Source: Deltaproteobacteria bacterium
Lineage (GTDB): Bacteria > Desulfobacterota > GWC2-55-46
DNA length: 41,028 bases
Direction: 5' to 3'
NCBI GenBank assembly: GCA_016234955.1
Contig: JACRNN010000077.1
Coordinates: 1-41,028, forward strand
A model generated the notes under the pieces. That model was given only the letters and a program-made list of their open reading frames with translations, did not search any database and was not told where the DNA came from. Below are positions 25,668 to 32,780 of this stretch, in pieces. Every line of letters begins with the position of its first letter. The stretch's first letter is position 1. The translations under genes and the position numbers were made by a program.

Positions 25668-26636
25668 TCAAGGCCCGGCTTCGCTCCCCTTATATGCCTT
25701 GCCCCCGCCCATCCTTATGTACTCGACGCCGCCGGCTATGCTCACGACGGCGGCCATCACGAACCACATCAGCGAGAGCGTCAGGGCCTGTTCCTTGCTG
25801 GCGCCGGCCCTGGAAAAAAGGTAGACAAAGGCCCCCTCCCTTATCCCGAGGCCGGACATCGAAATCGGGATCATCGATATGGCCGTTGTCAGGGGGATGA
25901 AGAGGAAAAAGTACCCTATGCCGATATCCATGCCGAGCCCCCTGCCCAGGATATAGTACCCTATGATGACGCCGCCCTGGACAAAGACCGAGCAGAAGAA
26001 TATCTTGGCGAGGATGGGGTAGTGGCGCTTGTATCCCATGAGCACGTTGTAGAACATCTCTATCTTCCTGTTTATCCCGTAAAAATGTATCGTGGAGAGT
26101 ATCCGCATCACCCATGAATGGAGCGGGCCGACCCATATGACAAGGCTTACGGCGAAAAAGCCGCCTATGAGGGCCACGAAGAACGCCGGAAGCCCCGAAT
26201 CCTTTATGAGCGGGTAGCCGGGCGCGAGGGCGGCAAGCGTTATGACCATGAGCGCGGCAAAGCCCGAATACCTGTCCATGAAGATGGAGGCGAGGGAGAC
26301 GTCCCCCCTCCCGGACTCCTTGTAGAGGTAATACCCCTTGATGAGGTCCCCGCCGACCATCGTGGGGAGGAAGTTGTTGAAGAACATCCCAATGAAATAT
26401 ATGGACAGGAGCCTCGGGTAGGAGACCTCCATGTCCTTTTTAAGGATGATGGACCAGCGAAGCGTTGAGACGCTCTGCGTGGCTATGAAAAGGAGCGCCG
26501 TAAATGCCACGGACAGGCGGTTGACCGACGCGGCCGTCGTCCACAAGGCCCCTGTGTCGATGTTCCTGAAGAGGGCGTAGAGTATGATTAGACTCACCGC
26601 GGCCTTCAGCACGATGGATAATATTTTTTTCATCAT
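25668..26636 (-). CDS. Flippase-like / LPG_synthase_TM (UPF0104) membrane protein
   Basis: 322 aa counted from the ATG at 26636, which makes an ATGA overlap with the upstream stop. It is polytopic, with N-terminus MMKKILSIVLKAAVSLIILYALF. The family assignment comes from memory of proteins usually paired with ArnC-like GT2 enzymes. Confidence 0.6.
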   Translation of the reverse strand: MMKKILSIVLKAAVSLIILYALFRNIDTGALWTTAASVNRLSVAFTALLFIATQSVSTLRWSIILKKDMEVSYPRLLSIYFIGMFFNNFLPTMVGGDLIKGYYLYKESGRGDVSLASIFMDRYSGFAALMVITLAALAPGYPLIKDSGLPAFFVALIGGFFAVSLVIWVGPLHSWVMRILSTIHFYGINRKIEMFYNVLMGYKRHYPILAKIFFCSVFVQGGVIIGYYILGRGLGMDIGIGYFFLFIPLTTAISMIPISMSGLGIREGAFVYLFSRAGASKEQALTLSLMWFVMAAVVSIAGGVEYIRMGGGKAYKGSEAGP

Positions 26637-27577
26637 CTGCCCAGCACCTTTTTTACGGTGTATATAGGCTTGCCCTGGGACTCGTGGTAGACCCTTGCGA
26701 GCATCTCCCCAAGAAGCCCCATCACCACGAGCTGGACACCGAGGATGATAAGGAGCACGCCGAGGAATAGGAGCGGCCTGCCGCCGATGTCCTTGCCCCT
26801 GACGAGCTTCTCGAAGCTCAGGTAGAACGCTATCAGGAACCCGATGAAGCCCAGGAGCAGACCCCCTGGGCCGAAGGCGTGTATGGGCCTCGTGGAAAAG
26901 CTCTGGAGGAACTTCACGGTGATGAGGTCGAGGATGACCCTGACGGTCCTCGATATCCCGTACTTGGACCGCCCGAACCTCCTCGGATGGTGGGTCGTCT
27001 CCACCTCGGTTATGGAGGCGCCCACCCAGGACGCGATCGCGGGGATGAACCTGTGCATCTCGCCGTAGAGGCGGACGTTCTTGATGACCTCTTTCCTGTA
27101 CGCCTTGAGCGTGCAGCCGTAGTCGTGCAGATAGACGCCCGTTACCTTCGAGATGAGCCAGTTGGCCGTAACCGAAGGGAGCCTCCTGGACAGGAACCTG
27201 TCCTGCCTGTCCTTCCTCCACCCGCTCACCACGTCATGCCCCTTTATGCTCTCAAGGAGCCTCGGTATGTCGGCCGGGTCGTTCTGCAGGTCGGCGTCCA
27301 TCGTGATTATTATGTCCCCGTTGGCGTACTCGAAGCCCGCGGCCATGGCCGCGGTCTGCCCGAAGTTCCTCCTGAAAGAAACTACGACGACGGCGGGGTC
27401 TTTTCTCTGCACCTCTTCGAGGAGCCTGAAGGTATTGTCCCTGCTGCCGTCGTCGACGAATATTATCTCGTACTTCCTTTTAAGTCCATCCATCGTCTCC
27501 TTAACGGACTTATAGAGGTAGGGGATGGACTCCTCCTCCTCGAATACCGGGATTACGATAGAAACGCTCTCTTCCAA
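26633..27577 (-). CDS. Glycosyltransferase family 2, polyprenyl-phosphate glycosyltransferase (ArnC/GtrB/DPM1-like)
   Basis: 314 aa; TTG start with a GGAGGG RBS. Motifs VSIVIPVFEEEESI, FVDDGSRDNT and MDADLQNDP are present. Two C-terminal TM helices match the GtrB/ArnC architecture. Confidence 0.85.
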   Translation of the reverse strand: MEESVSIVIPVFEEEESIPYLYKSVKETMDGLKRKYEIIFVDDGSRDNTFRLLEEVQRKDPAVVVVSFRRNFGQTAAMAAGFEYANGDIIITMDADLQNDPADIPRLLESIKGHDVVSGWRKDRQDRFLSRRLPSVTANWLISKVTGVYLHDYGCTLKAYRKEVIKNVRLYGEMHRFIPAIASWVGASITEVETTHHPRRFGRSKYGISRTVRVILDLITVKFLQSFSTRPIHAFGPGGLLLGFIGFLIAFYLSFEKLVRGKDIGGRPLLFLGVLLIILGVQLVVMGLLGEMLARVYHESQGKPIYTVKKVLGR

Positions 27578-27604
27578 AAAACCCTCCTCTGTAGCATTGG
27601 AACT

Positions 27605-27786
27605 GTTATCGGTTACGGTAAAAATACGTCGTTATCCTTGAAGCTCCCCGCTGGCCAAGCCGCGGGGAATCTTCGACATATAAGGAAGTATCTATTTCTA
27701 TTCGCTCGCTTGACCCCAAAGCCAAGCTGCGGAGAATACGCTCGCTATGCATGTTCACTGATAACCGACAACAGATAACCGATAAC
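27605..27786. repeat. Family A interspersed repeat, copy 2 (inverted orientation), flanked by 11-bp perfect inverted repeats
   Basis: The core (27638-27757) aligns with the reverse complement of copy 1. GTTATCGGTTA (27605-27615) and TAACCGATAAC (27776-27786) bracket it. Confidence 0.8.
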
Positions 27787-27825
27787 CAAGATGGATTTTA
27801 TGTCGATACTATTATGAGACGACCA

Positions 27826-29343
27826 TTAAAACCTGCTCAAGCCCATGTTTTCCATGCCCTTGAAGCCGTAGCAGCGGAATATCGTGACCTCTTTAAGCTC
27901 CCTGCCCCTGCCGTAGACCGTAAAGGGCTCCCTCAAGCACCTCTCGAACGCATCGAGGACGACTGCGTCTATCTCCGCGTCCCCGCCTTTTACGTATATG
28001 GCGTTATATCCGAGGAGCCCATTGAAGCCGGGCCAGAGGTCGTACTGGTTCATCCTCCTTGAGCCGGTATCGGCGTTGTAGACCACGGGTCTGCCCTCCG
28101 TATAGAAGGCGAGCTCGCTCGTTATCTGGTAGGTGTCGCTCATTATGAAGGTCTTGCCGGCCCACTCCATCTCCTCCCTTACCCTGGAGACCTTCTCCCC
28201 GAGATCCTTCCAGCCGGTGACCCTGTTGTACGGAGGACGGGAAAATATCCCTTTAACCCCCACCGCTTCAAGGGCCTGCGGGAAGCAGGCCAGCAACGAG
28301 ATTGCCGCGGACAGCGCTATCCCGGATATCGCCGCGGCCTTCAGGGCCCTCCTGCCGGACGCCTTGATCTCTCCGTAGAGAAGCCTGAACGCCCAGACAG
28401 AGGCCGGTAGCGCGGTCACGAACGCCGCTATGGCCCAGTTCGCCTGGACCTTGCCGTGAAACCCCTTGAAAAAAAAGAGGAGAAACACCGGCGCGGACGC
28501 GAAGAACGCAAGCAACAATCCACCGTCCCTGCGCCTGAAGCCGTTTAGCGCGCACAGATATATCCCGTAGACAAAGCCGATGAATATAACAGGCGTAACG
28601 ATGCCGAACTGGGAGGCCAGGAACTCAAGAGGTTCTAAAAAAAAGACGCCTCCGGAGCCCACATGGGCCTGGCCCAGAGTATGCTTTATTGTAACCTGTC
28701 CGTGCGTAATATTCCAGTAGATAACCGGGGCGGTCAGCGCGATCCCTATGACCGCCCCGATATAGGGCTCGGCCCGTTTGAGCCATACCCTATCCTCCCT
28801 GAAAACTATCAGGTACAGGAGGACGCACGGATAGAGGAGCGCTATGGTGTATTTGCCCAGGAAGCCCAGACCCATGAAGACCCCGGCCATGTACCACCAC
28901 CAGCCCCCCTTGCCGTCCAACGCCCTCTTTACGCAAAGGAGCGCGGCACCCCAGAAAAATACGAGGAGCACGTCCGTAGTCATCAGTATCGCCCCTATTG
29001 AGAAGATAGGGACGATATTGGCGAGTATTGCCGCGTAAAAGCCGGTCTTCTCGCACCTGAAGAGGTCCCTGCCGAGCAGGTAGACAACGTAGGAGGCGAG
29101 GGTGGAGAAGACCACCGCCCCAACGCGTATGCCGAAGGCGTTGTCGCCGAATATGCGCGTAAAAAAGGCTATTACGTAAGCCACCCCCGGCCCCTTGCTG
29201 TAGTATGAGAGCGCGAGCCTCCTCGACCACTCCCAGTAATGGGCCTCGTCCGGGGATACGTCAAAAGGGGCGTAGAGCAGATATATTATCCGCAGGGCCG
29301 CGAAGGCGGCGAGTATCGATACAATCTTTTTCCTGTAGCTCAA
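27826..29343 (-). CDS. ArnT-like glycosyltransferase (GT39/GT83, polyprenyl-phosphate-sugar dependent)
   Basis: 505 aa, polytopic, TTG start. It has the N-terminal DEAHYWEWSRRL motif in the first loop and a soluble C-terminal domain. Confidence 0.85.
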   Translation of the reverse strand: MSYRKKIVSILAAFAALRIIYLLYAPFDVSPDEAHYWEWSRRLALSYYSKGPGVAYVIAFFTRIFGDNAFGIRVGAVVFSTLASYVVYLLGRDLFRCEKTGFYAAILANIVPIFSIGAILMTTDVLLVFFWGAALLCVKRALDGKGGWWWYMAGVFMGLGFLGKYTIALLYPCVLLYLIVFREDRVWLKRAEPYIGAVIGIALTAPVIYWNITHGQVTIKHTLGQAHVGSGGVFFLEPLEFLASQFGIVTPVIFIGFVYGIYLCALNGFRRRDGGLLLAFFASAPVFLLFFFKGFHGKVQANWAIAAFVTALPASVWAFRLLYGEIKASGRRALKAAAISGIALSAAISLLACFPQALEAVGVKGIFSRPPYNRVTGWKDLGEKVSRVREEMEWAGKTFIMSDTYQITSELAFYTEGRPVVYNADTGSRRMNQYDLWPGFNGLLGYNAIYVKGGDAEIDAVVLDAFERCLREPFTVYGRGRELKEVTIFRCYGFKGMENMGLSRF

Positions 29344-29927
29344 AACGGGCCTCTTCTCTCGCCGTAATACCGCCTTATACGCTCCAGGGCCCTCCGCCTG
29401 ACCGCGAACCGCTCGGCCTCGTAAAACACGATAGCCACGGCCGCGCCCAAAAGCGCCCCGCCGGCCACGTCAAGCGGGTAGTGCACCCCGACGTAGACCC
29501 TCGAATAAGAAATGACAAAGGCTATCGGCAGGAATATGGCCGCGTACCTTCTGTACCTCGCGGTCAGGAATACCATAGCCGCGGTGATGTTCGTGGCGTG
29601 CCCGGAGGGGAAGGAGAACGAACCGCCGCACCCGACAAGGACCCTCGCCCCCTCAAGCGCATGGCACGGCCTTATCCTCCCTACGAGGTGTTTTAACCCC
29701 GCGGCGAAAAAGTCCGCCGAGAATACGGCGAGTATCAGTATCACGACAGCCCACCTCTCCTCCTTGCCGCCGGCTATGAGCATCAACGCCGCGGCCACAA
29801 GGGCCGAGATCCCGAAAAAATTGAACTTCTGCGTGACATAGGGCATGAAGATGTCGAGGAAATGACTGGTCAGCCCCGTGTTTATCAGGTAAAAAAACTC
29901 CGTATCCAGCCTCAATAACGCATCCAT
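29340..29927 (-). CDS. PAP2 family phosphatase (LpxE/LpxF-type lipid A phosphatase or undecaprenyl-diphosphatase)
   Basis: It has the three PAP2 motifs KHLVGRIRP, PSGH and SRVYVGVHYPLD. The ATG at 29927 is preferred over the GTG at 29930. Confidence 0.8.
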   Translation of the reverse strand: MDALLRLDTEFFYLINTGLTSHFLDIFMPYVTQKFNFFGISALVAAALMLIAGGKEERWAVVILILAVFSADFFAAGLKHLVGRIRPCHALEGARVLVGCGGSFSFPSGHATNITAAMVFLTARYRRYAAIFLPIAFVISYSRVYVGVHYPLDVAGGALLGAAVAIVFYEAERFAVRRRALERIRRYYGERRGPF

Positions 29928-29942
29928 CACCCACCACCCGGG

Positions 29943-30980
29943 TTATTTTTTCTCGTATCCGCAGACGCCCATCACCGCATCGTAGACCTCCTCGACGGAA
30001 ATCCCATTCATGCACTTCACGTCCGGACATTTCTTCTTGAAGCAAGGGCTGCACTCGAGGTCTTTTCTCAATATGACGTGTCCGCGGCCCCATGGGCCGG
30101 TCCTCCACGGCGCGGTCGGGCCGAAGAGCGCTATGACCCGTGTCCCTGCCGCGGCCGCGATGTGCATCGGCCCGGAATCGACCGTTACAGCGAACCTTGA
30201 GAGCTTGAAGAGCTGGGCGAGCTCCTTTAGCCCCGTTGCCCCGGCGAGGTTCACGGCCCTGTCTCCTATGCCGGCCTTTATCGCGTCGAGCGCGGCCCTG
30301 TCGGACGCCGAGCCGGCCAGCACTGCATAGAGGCCGTGTCTTCCGGTTATCTCTTTCCCGAGCTCGATGAACCGTTCATCGCTCCAGAGTTTCGTCGCCC
30401 ACCTTGCCCTCGGCGCTATCACGCAGAAGGGCGCGTCCTTCGGCACGCCGTTGCCCTTGAGTATCTCCACGACCCTTTTCCTGTCGTCCCTGCCGAGGTT
30501 GAGCGGGAAGACGGCCTTTAGCTTTACGGCCTTGCCTCCGAGGGCGTATCCGGCAAGGTCCAGATACCTCTCCACGGCGTGCTTTTCCGGGTCATACGGC
30601 GGGAGCTTCTCGTTAAGGAATATGTGGCTCAACTCCCTGGCGTTTGAGAAGCCTATCTTCCTTGCGCCGTTTAACAGGCGCATCCAGACCCCGCTTTTCA
30701 GGAGCCCCTGGAAATCGAGCACGATATCGTATCGCCTGGACTTAAGCCCCCTGGCCACGGCGAGGTTCTCCTTGAGGTTGGCCGCCCACCCGCGTTTGAC
30801 GACGATGAGCTCGTCTATCATCGGATGGTCTTTCAATATGCCGCTGGCGGCCTCCTCCACGAGCCAGTCTATGCGCGCCTTTACGCCCTTTTCCTCAAAG
30901 CCCTGTCTGAGGGCGTAAAGGGACGGCAGGGTATGTATCACGTCCCCGATGGAGGAAAGTTTTACTATCAGCACTCTCAT
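29943..30980 (-). CDS. waaC: Lipopolysaccharide heptosyltransferase I
   Basis: The N-terminus MRVLIVKLSSIGDVIHTLPSLYAL closely resembles the WaaC consensus MRVLIVKTSSMGDV.HTLPAL. It also has TVDSGPMHIAAAAGTRV and a C-terminal CSPC...C...C motif. The ATG at 30980 is preferred to the TTG at 30989. Confidence 0.7.
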   Translation of the reverse strand: MRVLIVKLSSIGDVIHTLPSLYALRQGFEEKGVKARIDWLVEEAASGILKDHPMIDELIVVKRGWAANLKENLAVARGLKSRRYDIVLDFQGLLKSGVWMRLLNGARKIGFSNARELSHIFLNEKLPPYDPEKHAVERYLDLAGYALGGKAVKLKAVFPLNLGRDDRKRVVEILKGNGVPKDAPFCVIAPRARWATKLWSDERFIELGKEITGRHGLYAVLAGSASDRAALDAIKAGIGDRAVNLAGATGLKELAQLFKLSRFAVTVDSGPMHIAAAAGTRVIALFGPTAPWRTGPWGRGHVILRKDLECSPCFKKKCPDVKCMNGISVEEVYDAVMGVCGYEKK

Positions 30981-30992
30981 TTTCGACAAGGC

Positions 30993-31568
30993 TCAACCCG
31001 TTCGCGCGTCGATATCGTTTATTATCCAGTCAACGGCCACCGATATGCCGCTCGCGACGAAGTCGGGCGGGCTCTGGAGTTTCTTAAGCTCTTCAGGGCC
31101 GCAACCCGTAAGGACGAGCACGGACCTGGCCTCTATGTTGCGGGCAAGCTCCACGTCGGAGGCCTTATCCCCCACGACGTAGATAAACCCCGCGTCTATC
31201 CCCTGCTCCTTCGCCGCCTTCATGAAAAGGCCCGCCTTAGGCTTCCTGCACCCGCAGTCCTCATCCGGACGGTGCGGGCAGTAGTATATGCCGTCCATGC
31301 GCGCCCCGCGCTCTCCGAGCAACTCGGAGAGCCTCCTGTTCACCGCCGATACGTCCTCGTCGGTGAAATACCCCCTGTTGACTCCTGACTGGTTGCTCAC
31401 CACGACGGCCTTTATGCCGCGGTCATTGAGCCTCCTGAGGGCCTCGGCGGCGCCCTCTATCAGCACGACGTTGGAGGGGTCCGAGAGGTAGCCGTAGTCG
31501 ATATTTATCGTGCCGTCCCTGTCAAGGAGCACCGTAGCTTTTACGTTGTTCACGCGCGCCTTACCCAT
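30993..31568 (-). CDS. gmhB: D-glycero-beta-D-manno-heptose-1,7-bisphosphate 7-phosphatase
   Basis: It has the HAD-IIIA motifs LDRDGTIN, VSNQSG and GDKASD, plus the Zn-loop YYCPHRPDEDCGCRKP. Confidence 0.88.
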   Translation of the reverse strand: MGKARVNNVKATVLLDRDGTINIDYGYLSDPSNVVLIEGAAEALRRLNDRGIKAVVVSNQSGVNRGYFTDEDVSAVNRRLSELLGERGARMDGIYYCPHRPDEDCGCRKPKAGLFMKAAKEQGIDAGFIYVVGDKASDVELARNIEARSVLVLTGCGPEELKKLQSPPDFVASGISVAVDWIINDIDARTG

Positions 31569-32613
31569 CGCCCGCTCCGTTGAGCAGGGCCTCGGCCTTT
31601 TCCGCCACCGTATCCGCCCCTATTGAGGTCAGGCACCTGTAGTGGCCGTACCTGCATTTTCTGTCAAAGCATGGACTGCACTCCATTGAGGCGACCACGA
31701 CCGCCGTCTTTTCTCCGAGCGGGCCCGTAAGCCGAGGGGAGGTCGAGCCGAAGATTGCCACGGTCGGTGTGCCGAGCGCCGCGCTCAAGTGCATGGGCCC
31801 CGAGTCGTTGGTTATAAAGACCTTGAGCCTGCGCAATAGCGCTATCGACTCCCTGAGATTGGTCCTCCCGCAAAGGTCTATATGCCTCGTATTTATCCTC
31901 CCGGACACCTCGACGCAAGCCTTAGCGTCGTCCCTTCCGCCGAAGATGAGCGGGATCGCCTTGTACTTGGCGGAAAGCCTTGAGAGTACCGCGGCGAAGC
32001 CCTCGGCCGTCCACCTCTTTGCGGGGCCGTAGCTCGCGCCAGGGGCCGCGCCTATGACCGGCGTGGAGCCGGCGGAGTTCTCTTCAAGGAACCTCAAGGC
32101 CCACGCGTCCTCTTTTTCGCTTACGTAGAGACGGGGCATGGGTATCGAAGCGCATTGGCCGCCGAGCACATTTACGATGTTGAGGTAGTAGTGCGCCTGA
32201 TGGCGCCTCTTTATCTCTTCTGTCACGGCCACCGGCCTGGTTAGGAGCCTCGTCCTTAAGTCCCTGGCGTACCCGACCCTCTCCGGTATGCCTGAAATGA
32301 AGGCTATGAAGGCCGCGTCAAACGCGTTCTGGAAGAGCACCGCCATGTCAAAGCCCCTTTTCCTGACCTCGCCCCTCAGGCGGAACCTGCCCTTGAGCCC
32401 GCCGTGCCTGCCCTTGTCGTCGTACTCGATTATCCCGTCCAGGCGCGGGTTGTTCTCGAAGACGGGGATAACCCTGGATTTGGCAAGGACTGTTATCCTT
32501 GCCCTTGGATAGCGGCCCTTGAGGCACTCGAGCGCGGGCAGGCATATTACCGCGTCCCCTATCCAGTTGGGCGCCCTTACGAGGATCGAGCCTATTTTTC
32601 CGTTGTCTTCCAT
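31561..32613 (-). CDS. waaF: Lipopolysaccharide heptosyltransferase II
   Basis: The N-terminus ILVRAPNWIGDAVICLPALECL is a WaaF-type P-N-W-x-G-D signature. It also has TNDSGPMHLSAALGTPTV and a C-terminal CSPC...C...C motif. Confidence 0.7.
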   Translation of the reverse strand: MEDNGKIGSILVRAPNWIGDAVICLPALECLKGRYPRARITVLAKSRVIPVFENNPRLDGIIEYDDKGRHGGLKGRFRLRGEVRKRGFDMAVLFQNAFDAAFIAFISGIPERVGYARDLRTRLLTRPVAVTEEIKRRHQAHYYLNIVNVLGGQCASIPMPRLYVSEKEDAWALRFLEENSAGSTPVIGAAPGASYGPAKRWTAEGFAAVLSRLSAKYKAIPLIFGGRDDAKACVEVSGRINTRHIDLCGRTNLRESIALLRRLKVFITNDSGPMHLSAALGTPTVAIFGSTSPRLTGPLGEKTAVVVASMECSPCFDRKCRYGHYRCLTSIGADTVAEKAEALLNGAGDG

Positions 32614-32653
32614 TCCATCCGACGCTTAAAACGGGATAAATAATCGACCCTGT

Positions 32654-32684
32654 ATTATATTATAAAAGGCAAGTTCATTGTCAA
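32654..32684 (-). promoter_or_regulatory. Candidate sigma-70 promoter for the waaF-led minus-strand gene train
   Basis: On the minus strand there is a consensus TTGACA (32684-32679). It is followed by two overlapping TATAAT hexamers (32664-32659 and 32659-32654). The spacings of 14 and 19 nt are both non-optimal. Confidence 0.35.
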
Positions 32685-32711
32685 ACTAAATAAGCCGGGC
32701 AAGCCCCGTAT

Positions 32712-32740
32712 TTTACTTTACTCTTTTTTTTCTTTATAAT
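32712..32740 (+). promoter_or_regulatory. Candidate promoter for the P-type ATPase gene
   Basis: TATAAT at 32735-32740 is preceded by a T-rich tract and a weak -35 (TTTACT/TTACTT) 16-17 nt upstream. Confidence 0.3.
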
Positions 32741-32780
32741 CGAGGAGTCGCAAAATTACATCTCATAAAGGTATTTTAAA

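Noticed and set aside
26637-27221. A 195-codon N-terminal extension of the ORF 25668-27221.
   Set aside because: It lies entirely inside the ArnC-like gene in another frame and has a non-protein-like composition. The ATG at 26636 forms an ATGA junction with the upstream stop and begins a clean membrane protein.
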